Shown here piece after piece: positions 12,975 to 25,429 of a stretch of DNA of 64,000 nucleotides. Made by a program: the position numbers and the translations under genes. The DNA is from Mobula hypostoma (lineage: Eukaryota), in contig NC_086097.1 of the NCBI RefSeq assembly GCF_963921235.1, positions 220,598,001 to 220,662,000 of the forward strand, written 5' to 3'. The number at the start of each line of letters is the position of its first letter. Position 1 is the first letter of the stretch. The notes beneath the pieces were generated by a model. That model made no database searches. It was not told where the DNA came from and saw only the letters and a list, made by a program, of their open reading frames with translations.

Positions 12975-13177
12975 AAAACAAGAGAAAATCCGTTGATGCT
13001 AGAAATCAAAGTAACAAACACAAAATGCTGGAGCAACTCAGCAGGCCAGGCAGCATCTATGGAAAAGAGTAAGCAGTCAACGTTTCAGCCCTGATAAAGG
13101 GTCTCGGCCCAAAGCTCCGACTGTTTACTCTTTTCCATACATGCTGCCTGCCTGCTGATGTCCTCCATCATTCTGTG
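12975..13177. mobile_element. Short foldback PLE remnant (two 3' ends head-to-head)
   Basis: Left arm is minus strand with tail; right arm is plus strand from a degenerate hammerhead (CTGATAAAGGGTCTCGGCCCAAAG) to CATTCTGTG. Confidence 0.8.
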
Positions 13178-13249
13178 AGGCAAAAAGGGTGCATGTCAAA
13201 AAGGGGTGGAATACACATCATTCTAATGTATAAATAGCAATAGGAAGAT

Positions 13250-13575
13250 TAGACTATACCAACATTAGACGTAGAAGTAGGCCACTCAGCCCATCGAGTC
13301 TCTGCTCCACCATAGCTGATTTATTATCCCTCTCAATCCCATTAACCTGCTTTCTCCCCTGACTAACTAAGAACATATCAGCCTCTGCTTTAAATATACT
13401 CAATGACTTGGCATCCACAGCTGCCTGTGGCAATGAATTCCACAGATTCACCACTCTCTGGCTGAAGAAATTCCTTCTCATCTCTCTACTAAATGGATGT
13501 CCCTCTACCTAGAGGCTGTGCTCTCTGGTCCTAGACTCACCCACTGTCAGAAACATCCTCTCCACATCTACATTC
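13250..13575 (-). mobile_element. CR1 3' end fragment
   Basis: MRRNFFSQRVVNLWNSLPQAAVDAKSLSIFKAE. Confidence 0.85.
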
Positions 13576-13724
13576 AACTTTGAAAGCTTGTTACCAGCTT
13601 CTCAAAATTACAAGTTTAATTTATGATCAAATTTTATTGATGCCAAGGTAGAGCCTGGAAGGCTGTGAAGTGCCCGATCAAAAGGCAGAATTCGGTCTCT
13701 CAGGTTCCCATTTCTGTAGGAGAT

Positions 13725-13950
13725 GCAGGGGATACAGTGTCACAGTAAGTTGAGCTACAGCTCCAGTGACCCAGTTCAGTCATGACCTCTGGTGCTGTCT
13801 GCGTGGAGTTTGCATGTTCTCACCCCAAATACATGTGGGTTGGTAGGTTAATTAGTCACTGCAAATTGTCCCTAATGTGTAGATAGATAGTGGAATTATG
13901 AGGGCTGGGTGTGGAGTGATGATGGAATGTGTAAGAATAAACTGGTTAGA
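13725..13950 (+). mobile_element. V-SINE (HE1-like), degenerate
   Basis: Degenerate tRNA head, GCTGTCTGCGTGGAGTTTGCATGTTCTC, GGTAGGTTAATTAGTCACTGCAAATTGTCCC. Confidence 0.65.
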
Positions 13951-14011
13951 GTTGTTTGTCAGCACTTATTTGTTGATCTGAAGAACCTGGTTCCATAATT
14001 TCTTTCGCTGT

Positions 14012-14279
14012 AAGAGAGGGGGGGGGGAAGAGAGGAGAGAGGGGGGGGGAAGAGAGGAGAGAGGAGGGGGGGGAGAGAGGAGAGAGGAGAGGGGGGAGAG
14101 AGGAGAGGGGGGAGAGAGGAGGGGGGGGAGAGAGGAGAGAGGAGAGGGGGGGAGAGAGGAGAGAGGAGAGGGGGGGAGAGAGGAGAGAGGAGGGGGGGGA
14201 GAGAGGAGAGAGGAGGGGGGGAGAGAGGAGAGAGGAGAGAGGAGAGAGGAGAGAGGAGAGAGGAGAGAGGAAAAAAAAA
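14012..14279 (+). repeat. Pure polypurine tract, (GAGAGGA)n with G-runs
   Basis: 268 nt containing only A and G. Confidence 0.95.
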
Positions 14280-15439
14280 CGAACGAACACGAGGTGAGAG
14301 TAGCCGGGCAATTAAAAGTGACAGTGACACGATGTGTAGTTGGGACAGAAGGGTGCAGCAACTGAACCAGGCCCGGATTTGGTCTCCCAAAGTGAGGACG
14401 AGACCACATTGTGTGCAGATGTACATGAGATCTGAAAGAAGATGAGGGGAATTTACTTTTAACGGTTAGCGCCAGGATGCATTCCCAGGACACAGAATGC
14501 TAATAAAATCCGAGCTAAAGTGTGTTTACAGCATGATATACAGATAAGTGAATTACTGATAGTTCTGATGTGCTGGGGACCTGGCATGAAACCCATTCTT
14601 CTCCACTTAATACTCTCCTAGCAATTCATTGCCCATTGTTTGATGTGGCTGGGATAGTCTGAGAGGGCTAGCATTGCGCCAGCTTGGGAAAATGGTGCCG
14701 TCAATCAGGGCTGCTGGCTGATGCGATCGACTCCTCAGTTTGTACCACTGAATGACTGGGCTGAAGGGAGTGAAGTAGATGCCAAGAAGAGAGGAGGGTC
14801 TCTGTCTCTTTTACCTCCAACAGTAAGTGGTGGTAAATGAAGGGTAAATCAGACAAGGTGGTCAGTCAACACAGAGTAGGTGTTGTAACCTCCTCCCTAA
14901 AATAGCCTACATTCCCTGTGCCACACATCCCAGCATTGGCGGTTGTCCGCCATGTCTGACAATGGCAGCAATCGTGTGAGGGACGGTTTTTAAAGTGGAA
15001 AAGCTGCTGCACTGGGGCAAGTCCACTATCTGAACTTCAGAAGTCCAAGTCCAGTAGTATGAACAACCTTCATGTCAGTGTCTCCACTCAGAGTAGTGGA
15101 TGACTCACTGCTGGGGGAGCACCAGCAGAGAGGGGAAGGAGTTTCACCGTAATTACCTGGCACAGCAGTGATCAGCCTATACAGATGTCATTTTTGAAAG
15201 TACAGGACAATTCATAACTTGAGAGTATTTAGCTTGGAGACCAAGAGCATTCTAGCAAATCAGTATTCTTTGAGGCAGTACTAAGAGGAGTTTGTTGAAG
15301 GATTAAATATAATTAAAATGAATCAACTTAGAGTTAAGGAATAGTTAGAAATCTAATGTCGCTGGAAGAGACGCAGCAACTATGTTTTCCTCTCCTCTTC
15401 CAGCCATCTCCAAGAACTGAACGAATTCTTCCAGATCAG

Positions 15440-15930
15440 GTAACTATTTACTTTCCTGTGTATTTCTTATGTTCTCATGCACTTCTGCTGCTTAGAAGCT
15501 TGCAAAAACTCGCCATGATATCTGAAACTTTGACAAACATCAACAGATGTGTGGAGGAGAATATATTGACTGGTTGCTTCCCAGTCTGGTATGGAAACAA
15601 TTCCGTTAAATGGAAAATCCTGCAAAAATATAGCGGATAAGGTACAGTCCTTCACGGGTAAAAGCCCTCCCACCATTAAGCACATCTATACGAAATGCTG
15701 TGACGGGAAAGCAGCATCAATCATCCCTGTTCTCGCTGCTGCCATCAAGAAGGTGGTTCAGGAGCCTCAGGACCCACACCACGGTGTTCAGGACCAGTTA
15801 TTACCCCTCAACCATCAGGCTTTTGAACCAGGAGTTAACTTCATTTGCCCCATCCGATAGACTCACTTTCAAGGACTGTTTGTCTCATGTTCTCAATGTT
15901 TATTGCTTATTTGTTATTACTATTTTTTTC
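15440..15930 (+). mobile_element. Rex1/Babar 3' fragment
   Basis: RCVEENILTGCFPVWYGN; LFSLLPSRRWFRSLRTHTTVFRTSYYPSTIRLLN. Confidence 0.8.
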
Positions 15931-16272
15931 ATTCTCCTCACCTACCTATCACCTCTGTCTGGTGCCCCTCCTGCTTCCCTTTCTCTCAAGCCCCACTCTC
16001 CTATCCTATCAGGTTCCACCTCCTTCAGCCCTTTCCATTTTCCACCCATCACCTCCCAGCTTCCCACTTCATTCTTAAATCCACCTGCCTTCCCCTTGAC
16101 CAGGCTTCACCTATCAACTTCTTACTTGCTCCTTCACCTCCCCACCTTCTTACTCTGGCTTCCTCTTCCTTCCTTTCCAGTCTTGATGAAGGGTCTTGGA
16201 GAGAAACATCAACTCTTTATAACTTATTGACGCTGCCTGATGTGCTGAGTTCCTCCAGCATTTTCTGTGTTA
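15931..16272 (+). mobile_element. PLE 3' UTR fragment, degenerate hammerhead
   Basis: Pyrimidine-rich UTR, CAGTCTTGATGAAGGGTCTTGG..GAAACATCAACT, GCTGAGTTCCTCCAGCATTTT. Confidence 0.7.
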
Positions 16273-16399
16273 CCCTGTGTCTATATTTTTTTCTATTGTC
16301 ATTCTCCAAGAGCTCTTTCAACCCTTTGATCATAGGACCTCGGCAATTTGTCCTCACAGAAACCCTGGCCTCACCCTATCACACATGTTCCTTTTATCC

Positions 16400-16592
16400 T
16401 ATCCAGAGCTCACTCCTCTGACCCTTCTCTGCAACTGAAAATTAGATTTTGCTTTCTCTCATGCCCAATTCTAATGAAGGGGTCTTTGACCCCGAAACAT
16501 GACGCCTGTTTCTTTGTTCACAAACGCTGCCTGCCCTGCTCAGTGATGCCAGCATTTTCAATTTTTATTTCAGATTTCCAGGATCTGCAGTT
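16400..16592 (+). mobile_element. Older PLE 3' end
   Basis: CTAATGAAGGGGTCTTTGACCCGAAACAT, GCTGCCTG.CCTGCT...CCAGCATTTT...TCAGATTTCCAG.ATCTGCAG. Confidence 0.6.
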
Positions 16593-16702
16593 CTATATAA
16601 GGTTTACTCTACTGGAAGTATATTTTAGAGTACCAGAAGGTGGAATAGAATTCAAGGGTGAGAATGAAAATAAAACAGAACATAAAAAGAGCAACAAAGC
16701 AA

Positions 16703-16975
16703 AGTGGCATTGGGTGGTGGCTAGCACAACACTTTATAGTACAGGCTACCCAGGTTCAATTCCCACACCGCTGCCTGTAAGGAGCTTGTACATTCTCCCA
16801 GTGACTGTGGGGGTTTCCTCCAGGTGCTCCGGTTCCTCCCACAGTTCAAAGACGTACTGGTCAGTAGGTTAATTAGTCATTGTAATTTGTCCCCTGATTA
16901 GGCTAGGCTTAAATCAGGCGATTGCCCGGCGGTGTGGCTTGAAGAGCCTATTCTACACTTTATCCCAATAAATAA
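16703..16975 (+). mobile_element. V-SINE (HE1-like)
   Basis: B box GGTTCAATTCC, V-domain GGGTTTCCTCCAGGTGCTCCGGTTCCTCCCACAGTTCAAAGAC, AATAAATAAA tail. Confidence 0.8.
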
Positions 16976-17104
16976 AATTATACTGATTAAGTGACATAAT
17001 CGCAAGAAGTGGGGAAAAAAGAAAGGAGTTGTACTGCCCGTGGGGAGAAAGCAGTTGTACCGTCTGTGGAAGGTAATGAAAAGGCAGGGGAACACCTAGA
17101 AAAG

Positions 17105-18291
17105 GTGTTTTCAAAAGGCTTTTGACAAGGTTCCACACAGGAGATTAGTGTGCAAACTTAAAGCACAAGGTATTGAGGTAATGTATTGATGTAGATAAAG
17201 AATTGGTTGGCAGACAGGAAGCAAAGAGTGGGAATAAACAGGACCTTTTCAGAATGGCAGGCAGTGACTAGTGGGGTACCACAAGGCTCAGTGCTGGGAC
17301 CCCAGTTGTTTACAATATATATTAATGACTTAGATAAGGGAATTAAATGCAGCATCTCCAAGTTTGCAGATGACACGAAGCTGGGCGGCAGTGTTAGCTG
17401 TGAGGAGGATGCTAAGATGATGCAGGGTGACTTGGATAAGTTGGGTGAGTGGGCAAATTCATGGCAGATGCAATTTAATGTGGATAAATGTGAGGTTATC
17501 CACTTTGGTGGCAAAAACAGGAAAACAGATTATTATCTGAATGGTAGCCGATTCGGAAAAGGGGAGGTGCAACAAGACCTGGGTGTCATTATACACTAGT
17601 CTTTGAAAGTGGGCATGCAGGTACAGCAGGCGGTGAAAAAGGTGAATGGTATGCTAGCATTCATAGCAAGAGGATTCAAGTACAGGAGCAGGGAGGTACT
17701 ACTGCAGTTGTACAAGGCCTTGGTGAGACCACACCTGGAGTATTGTGTGCAGTTTTGGTCCCCTAATCTGAGGAAAGACTTGCCCTAGAGGGAGTACAAA
17801 GAAGGTTCACCAGATTGATTCCTGAGATGGCAGGACTTTCATATGATGAAAGACTGGATCGACTAGGCTTATACTCTCAGGAATTTAGAAGATTGAGGGG
17901 GGATCTTATTGAAACATATAAAATCCTAAAGGGATTGGACAGGCTAGATGCAGGAAGATTGTTCCCGATGTTGGGGAAGTCCAGAACAAGGGGTCACAGT
18001 TTGAGGATAAAGGGGAAGCCTTTTAGGACCGAGATTAGGAAAAACTTCTTCACACAGAGAGTGGTGAATCTGTGGAATTCTCTGGCACAGGAAACAATGG
18101 AGGCCAGTTCATTGGCTATATTTAAGAGGGAGTTTGATATGGCCCTTGTGGCTAAAGGGATCGGGGGTATGGGGGGGGAAGGCTGGTATAGGGTTCTGAG
18201 TTGGATGATCAGCCATGATCATACTGAATGCCGGTGCAGGCTCAAAGGGCCAAAACGCCTACTCCTGCACCTATTTTCTATGTTCCTATGT
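17105..18291 (+). mobile_element. 5'-truncated CR1 LINE (RT to 3' end)
   Basis: [71 protein letters not shown]; stops/frameshifts; (CTATGTT)-like tail. Confidence 0.95.
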
Positions 18292-18529
18292 AAAAATAAT
18301 CACTTCAATACCAAAACATAAATAAATAAATAAAATAACCTCCATGGGGATCAAACAATAAAACAGAAGTATTTGAGAAAGACAGAAAATCAGGAATGAG
18401 GAAAGTTAATTCTGTGATGGGCAAAATTGGATCATAACAAAAGGGCAGCATATTGAAATATTACCTCTTTCTCCACAGAAGCTGCCTCCCCTGCGTGTTT
18501 GTTTTTGTAAATGACATAACTGTAGCTGC

Positions 18530-19250
18530 TCTGGATGGGAGATGATGATAGAGAAGACCCATGGGATGTAGTGGTATGGAAGGTGTTATTGATAGAACAC
18601 CCATAACAGAAAAGCTGCGGAAACGGAATGCAGTCCTTAAGAGAAGTAGGGTGGGAGGAGATTATTGTGAAGATAACTATAGATATTGGTAATCAACCAA
18701 TATATCCTGTTAAGAAAGAAAATGTGGGTGAGGCAGGGGGAGAAGCGTAAGATGGACAGTTGAAATGACAAAGATTGGCAGCAAAAGTGATGAAAGTTTT
18801 AAGTTTTGCACAAGTACAGGAAGCAGAACAAATGAAATGATTAATGTAAGCAAGGTGGGGTGAATGCCCCATTTAAGACTGATACAAGAGTTATTCGATG
18901 TATCCTACAGAGAAGTGGCTTCCTATGCTTTGGAGAAATCAATAGCAGACTAGGTGATTCATTTCACAGAACATCTCCATTTATACAGCAAGGGTGACCC
19001 TGACCTTCCAGTCACAGGCCACTTTAACTCCCAGTCTGATCTCTGTCTTTGGCCTCTAGCACTTTTCCAATGACGTTCAACAGAAGCGCGAGGAACCACA
19101 TCTCTTCTTGCAGATGACATATTTCAGGCCTCAGGACGTACGATGAATTCCACATTTCACTGGCCTCTGATGCGATCACCCACATTTCCTGAATCAGGAT
19201 TTTTGTTTCAGATTTCCAGAGTTTATTGAATTCTACATCTGACACACCGC
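18530..19250. mobile_element. Ancient degenerate PLE: minus-strand RT-like part followed by plus-strand GIY-YIG part
   Basis: ~18945-19035 reads RLGD.F.EHL...DLPVTGHFNS; EEPHL-like at ~19090; 18530-18910 loosely resembles the PLE RT 3' region on the minus strand. Confidence 0.5.
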
Positions 19251-19537
19251 TTTTTCTTTGTTTTCAATTGTTTCCTTTTATTCACACCTCTTCCAGACTA
19301 GTCACCTTGTATTAAAAGGCCCATATCACTGACTCTCACCTCGCACACCCTTCATGTGCCAGTGAGATATTCTTGATCTCCACCTTGTCATGGACATTTT
19401 CCTTGCTCTCCCTCCTCTCTGCAATTTAGAAAAGTTTGACGTCTTATTTTTCTCTGCTTTGTTTTCCCCAAGATGGAGACAGAGAAGTTAAAAAATGAAA
19501 AGGAGGTGGAGCTGGACCACAGAAATAATAATATATA

Positions 19538-19714
19538 GGCACGGTAGCATAGTGGTGAGCACAACACTTTACAGTATCAGTGACCTGGGTTCAATTCCTG
19601 CCACCATCTGTAAGGAGTTTGTACGTTCTCCCCATGACCGTGCGAGTCTCCTCCGGAGCATATCCTCCCACATTCCAAAGACATACTGGTTAGCAGGTTG
19701 AGTGATCATTGTAA
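19538..19714 (+). mobile_element. V-SINE (HE1-like), 3'-truncated
   Basis: GGCACGGTAGCATAGTGG A box, GGTTCAATTCC B box, GGAGTTTGTACGTTCTCCCC. Confidence 0.8.
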
Positions 19715-20300
19715 GTTTTTAGCGTTCAGGATGTCCTTAATGTCCTTTGTCACCCATGGCTTGTTATTTGAATAACAAAGGACAGTTCTTGTCGGAACAT
19801 TGCAGTCCACACAGAAGATGATGTAATCAGTGATGCACTCTGTGAGCCCAGCAATATCCTCTCCATGTGGCTCACAGAGTGCCTGCCAGTCTGTCACCTC
19901 AAAACAACCCTGGAGCGCCTCATAAGCCTCCTCCGACCATTTTCTCACTGTCCTCGAGGTTGCAGGTTTACTCTTTACCAGAGGCACGTAGCAGGGTTTT
20001 AGATGCACCAGGTTGTGATCTGACCTTCCCAGTGGGGGGGAGGGGAGAGGAGCTGTATGCATCCTTAACGTTAGCGTACATCAAATCTGGAGTCCTCTCC
20101 CCTCTGGTTGTACAGCTCACATACTGCGTGAAGTTGGGCAGTGTTCTAGCCATGGTAACTTGGTTGAAGTCACCCGAGATGGTAATGAGGGCACTCAGGT
20201 GCTGGGTTTGTAATCTGGCTATGATGGTGTAAATGCTGTTACACGCCGACGTCGGGTTGGCAGAGGGAGGGATGTACACAACAACCACAATTGCATGCGA
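19715..20300 (-). mobile_element. Rex1/Babar APE endonuclease fragment
   Basis: VYIPPSAN...ISGDFNQ..TRGERTPDLMY, PPLGRSDHNLVHL, NNKPWVTKDIK. Confidence 0.85.
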
Positions 20301-20311
20301 AATAATATACA

Positions 20312-21132
20312 CAGTAGATTCTGGTTAATTGAGCCATCAGTTAATCAGGACAGCTGCTTATTTGGGGCAACTCTTAAAGAACAAAACTGAATTGAGAAAA
20401 TGGCCTGGATTCCCTTCACTTACTTGAAGCACTATGTCACTTAATTGGGGCAGGAGGCAGTTGCTTAACAGTTTCTAACTAGTGTTAGTCACATGCACTT
20501 GCGTGGCTGTCAGACACAGCACCATGCTTTGCATAAAGAGTTTTTAAATTGCGTCAGTTGCGTTTGCTTGTGTGATTTTTGTCATTGGTAGTTGATGAGA
20601 AATAAGCGATAAGACAATTCGGAATGGTTTTGCTCATTGCGGTTTCAAGCATCAGGGTTGGAAATGCCAGAAGCAGCTGGGAGTGAAAATGAAACGATTT
20701 CACTACTTCAACAAGTTAGAAACTATGAAGAATTTGAAAGTATCAAATTCTTTGTAGTTTCTATTTTGAAGGTAACATTTTGAATGATACAATGAAAATG
20801 AGGATTTGGAGGAAGCAATCATCGACAGCATTATATGAAGGCAATCCATTATCTGCACTAGGTGTCTGTGCATTTACAGTCAGAAGGCAGCGACAGAGAT
20901 GAATTCCTTGCTCAATAAGTATTTGGAGCTAACATACAGCTTTATAGTACTGCAGTGGTATTGGAAGTGTTCTGATTTCTGTATTTCAGTTAAATACATA
21001 ATTTGTTACTCAGTTTGGCTTTTTTATTTTTTTTAAAAACAATTTCCATGAAATTTCAGCTAATTGGAGCAATCACATTACTAGACTAAAACGTATTGGT
21101 CTTGAGGTGTCCTAATTAACTGGAATCCACTG
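20312..21132. mobile_element. Tigger/pogo-like non-autonomous DNA transposon
   Basis: TIR CAGTAGATTCTGGTTAATT / AATTAACTGGAATCCACTG, TA on the right flank. Confidence 0.75.
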
Positions 21133-21918
21133 TATACCCAGTACCCACAGCTACCTGTGGCAATGAATTCCACAGATTCACCATCTCTGTTCTAAAGTGA
21201 TGTCCTTCCATGCTGAGCCTGTGCCCTCTGGTTCTAAGTGATTTGGCGAAGGTCTGACAGCAAAGGTGATGCAAACCTCAAGTTTTGTATACGTGGAGGA
21301 AGCAATACCAATGCAACCATAAACTTATTCCAAACAAAAACATAGAGACTTCTTCCCTCTCCACCCATACATCCTGGTTTCAGCATTTGCACCTTCAGCT
21401 TTTGAAGATCCCAATTAGTAACTTTCATCCACCATCTGTGGGTTAAAATGAAGATTAAGGAAAAATTTCTCCAGAATTCCCAAGATTGCTGGACATGTAC
21501 CTCTGCTCGTCAGGTATGCCGGCCACATTTGGACACCTAATAATTTACCAATGCTGTCAATGCTCATAAACAATCTCTGGGATGAGATTCCGTAAGATAA
21601 TGTATCATGTGTTCTAGTTAAATCTCCAGTCCTCAATTTTAAGCACATAAACTAGACTGGCAATTTACTGCAGCACTGAAAAACTTTCCTCATTGTTGGA
21701 AATTTTTTTAAAAATTAAGATATTAAACTGAGGTCCTGCAAAATAAAGTGGATAAATAAAATACCCCAGAGCACCACTTAAACACTGTGGATTCCTGACA
21801 ATATCCTTCTTTAAATATTACACTCCACGTCATATTTCAGCAGAGATATGAGGTGCTATTTAAATACAAGACTATGAAGTCCACAAAAAAAAAAGAACAC
21901 TGACCATATTCAAAAAGA

Positions 21919-22065
21919 CACATAAAATGTTGGAGGAACTCAGCGGGCCAGGCAGTATCTATAGTAAAAAGTACAGTTACTGTTTCGGGTCGAAACCCTT
22001 CGGAATTCCTCCAGCATTTTGTGTGTGTTGCTTGGATTTCCAGCATCAGCAGGTTCCCTCTTGTT
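21919..22065. mobile_element. 147-bp foldback PLE mini-insertion with 14-bp TSD
   Basis: Minus arm ends inside the hammerhead (GTTTCGGGTCGAAACCCTTCGG), plus arm carries the tail; TSD CATATTCAAAAAGA 21905-21918 / CATGTTGAAAAAGA 22066-22079 (2 mismatches). Confidence 0.8.
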
Positions 22066-22724
22066 CATGTTGAAAAAGATTTGATTTCCTAGTCTTTAAG
22101 CCAAAATAAGATTGCATGGTTTTTTGGGTCAAATATTTTTAAGACACTTATTAACAGTTAAATTGGCAGGCAGGATTAGGTATGAAGGTTTCAGTCAGAG
22201 ACATTTCAGAATTAAAACTATATTTTTTGATTTTGCTTCGGGGACTCATAAAAAGAAAGACTTGGAAGCACCTGTCCAGCACACTGGACTCATAGTAAGA
22301 GTGTGGATTGCACTTTAATTAACAATAGCACTGAGCTTAAGCAATCAGCCTTAGTTAAGTGGATAAGATACTTGGGTGTTGTTCCTGACCTAAAAATAAC
22401 TTCTGACGTACTTGCACACAAATCCAAAATATATAATTACTTTTGGACAACTCCAACTTGCTAGAGTTGTCCACAAACACCCATTCATGCATACATTAGG
22501 TAAGGCCATTCTCCAAAGTGAAAAAGCTATCTGAAATTGTCTCCCTCATTTACTCTTCTGTTTCTTTCAAGAAGGTAGCACCACCCCCACCTCTCTCTCT
22601 CTCTCACATGCAGATGGTTATTTCGCAATTGTAAGCTTAAATAATTAGAGTAGGCATTTTTTCCCTCTCACTGACATTATCGCTGGAGTTCTGTCCAGAT
22701 ACAACGGCACACATGAACCATAAA

Positions 22725-23117
22725 ATTGGTAAACTGGTTTATTATTGTCACTTGTACTAAGGTACAGTGTAAAGCTTTATTTTGTATACTGTTCACACAG
22801 ATCATCAGTGCATTGAGGTAGTGCAAGGTAAAACAACACGAGTACAGAGCAGAAAGTCACAGTTACAGAGAAAGTGCAGTGCAGGCAGACAATAAGATAC
22901 AAGGTCATAATGAAGTTGATTGTGAGGTCAAGAATCCATCTGATTGTACTAGGGAACCATTCAGTTGTCTTATAACAGGCTGTGGAAGTTGTCCTTAAGC
23001 TTAGTGGTGCATGCATTCAGACTTTTGTATCTTCTGCCCCCGGGGGGTGGGAGGTAGAGAAAGGAGAAAAAAAAAGGGAGTGGGTCTTTAATTATGCTGG
23101 CTGCCTTACTGAGGCAA
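22725..23117 (-). mobile_element. Rex1/Babar 3' end
   Basis: KAASIIKDP...GRRYKSLNACTTKLKDNF; UTR homologous to 30380-30585. Confidence 0.8.
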
Positions 23118-23819
23118 TTCAAAACCAGTAATGGTCCATATGTGCCAGTGAACACCTGATGGCAATAGCATTCATTTCTATTGTCACCCTCAAAACATTT
23201 AAGACCAAAAATAATCATTACTTCCCTTCCCCCATCTACTAGATTCTACAGCCAAATTATCTTTTCAGCTCATACCCAAACTAAAAAAAATACTGCAACA
23301 GGTCAGAAATCAAACCCTGGGTTTAGGTTGTGACAGACTTCAAATTTTTGCCATGGTAATTTCTGGTAGCATTAAAAAGAGCACATTTGCTTTCTATCCT
23401 TGTTTTCCACAAGTAAGAGTTCCTTCTTCTACAATTAACAGTTCTGAAAGGCTAAAACTTCTATGTAGTTGTAAAGGGCCGCTACATTGCTAAAGGTACT
23501 ATTTTTAAAATAAGTTATTAAACAAAGACCTTACAAGGTGAAACAGTTTGGATTACTCATTAATGCGCCTTCTTTAATTGTCTCAAGATGGCGGAGGTGA
23601 CTTGCCCTCTTGAAACGCTGCAGTTCATATGGTAAATGTTAAGGGAACATTAAAATACCTATCAGTTTAACTGGGCAACCCCATGCCCCTGATGAGAGGG
23701 GTGTCCTTTGACCTGAATGCTATTGAACATCACGTTTGTTTCTATGTCTGTACCTATGCATCTCTGATGAATAATGCAGCAGCTTTATGGAAAGTGGACT
23801 TGCCCACATAGCTACAGAG

Positions 23820-24339
23820 CAGGGTTGCCAACTTTCTCACTCCCAAATAAGGGACAAACATAGCAGTCAAATACGGGACACTTGTGTTTACCCCGAGAAA
23901 GACTACCATGACCATGAAGCCTTTCACGGGCACCTGTGTGCGCATGCGTGACGTGTACATATGTATGCGTGTACGTGCCGATTTTTTTTTCTACAAATCG
24001 GTTTTGGCTTAACCTTCCCGATTCTGTCTAAGTGAAACTACACAGTACATACATTATTTCTACTTTATATAGGCTGTGTATTTATCATATCATTCCTGCT
24101 TTTACTATACGTTAGTGTTATTTTAGGTTTTATATGTTATTTGGTAAGATTTGGTAGGTCACTTTTTGGATCTGGGAACGCTCAAAAAATTTTCCTATAT
24201 AAATTAATGGTAATTGCTTCTTCGCTTTGTGCCATTTTGGTTTACATAGGAACGCTCTACCTTAGCAGGGGAAATACGGAACAAGGTTTAGCCCAATATA
24301 CAGGATGTCCCGGCTAATACGGGACATTTGGCAACCCCA
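23820..24339. mobile_element. hAT-type non-autonomous element with 8-bp TSD and chimeric interior
   Basis: TIR CAGGGTTGCCAA / TTGGCAACCCCA; TSD CTACAGAG at 23812-23819 and 24340-24347. Confidence 0.88.
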
Positions 24340-24587
24340 CTACAGAGAGATGGCTTGGTCTCAGGATAGGGATTGACAATTTAGTCCTGAGGTAGGGTAT
24401 GTTTCTGGGGATATCAATTAATCTTTGGCATTCTCTACAGGAAAGAGCCATGGGCTTTGTGTCCAGATTTTCAAAGCAAATTGATAAGAGTTTTAGCCAC
24501 CAATGTACAAATGCACAAATGTTTGTAATTCAGTAACGGGGAATAAAAAGCTGAGATGACAGAGAGGGATACATCTCTCTTCTACAG

Positions 24588-25100
24588 TTCAAAGTAAAGT
24601 TACTATCAAAGTACATATCCGTCACCATATACAACCCTGAGATTCATTTTCTTGCAGGCATTCACAGTAAATATAAGGAACACAATAAAATCAATGAACG
24701 AGCACACCCAACTATACAAACAACCAATGTCCAAAGACAACTGTACAAAGGAAATAATAATAATAATAATAAATAAATAAGCAATAAACATCAAAAACAT
24801 GAGATAAAGAGTCCCTGAATGTGAGTCCATAGCTTGTGGGAATAGTTCGAGGCGAGTGAAGTTCTGCGAAGTTGTCCTCTAAGGTACAAGAGCCGAATGG
24901 TTGAGGGGTAATAACCATTCCTGGACCTGGTGGTGTGGGTCCTGAGGCGCCTGTACCTCTTTCCTGATGGCAGCAGTGAGAAGAGAGCATGGCCTGGGTG
25001 GTGGAGGCCCTTGATGATGGATGCTGCTTTCCTTGGACAGAGCTCTGTGTAGATGTGCTCAGTGGTGGGGAGGGATTTACCCGTAACGAACTGGGCCATC
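24588..25100 (-). mobile_element. Rex1/Babar 3' end
   Basis: RKAASIIKGLHHPGHALFSLLPSGKRYRRLRTHTTRSRNGYYPSTIRLL. Confidence 0.85.
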
Positions 25101-25429
25101 TAGTCTAGTGAGCTCCTCAGAAATTGTGTTTTTGAATGGTTTAAATAGCTCTTAAGACTCCATCATAGCGGAGCTTCCCTGCATGTAACACACTGGGCTT
25201 TCAGTGCTGATTAGCACATCGTTGATGCAGTAATCACCAAAAACAAGATTACATAGACCGCACTCTACCGAATCAGCATCTATCATAATGCTTATAGAGC
25301 CTTCAATAAATGTGATCCTTCAAAACATTCCTTTGAATTAAATAATTCTACAACTAGCTCATAGTAATGCAAATAATGTCATTTACTTTCTGATGCAAAT
25401 AGTTATTTATATTTTAACCATAAGCACAG

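Noticed and set aside
13946..14493. Three S/P/L-rich ORFs
   Set aside because: They are translations of the pyrimidine strand of the GA repeat
16703..16770. tRNA genes at A/B-box sites (also 12004-12120 and 19538-19600)
   Set aside because: No complete cloverleaf; they continue into SINE bodies
21371..21435. Candidate minus-strand exon WWMKVTNWDLQKLKVQMLKPG
   Set aside because: Good acceptor but weak donor, and no recognisable homology
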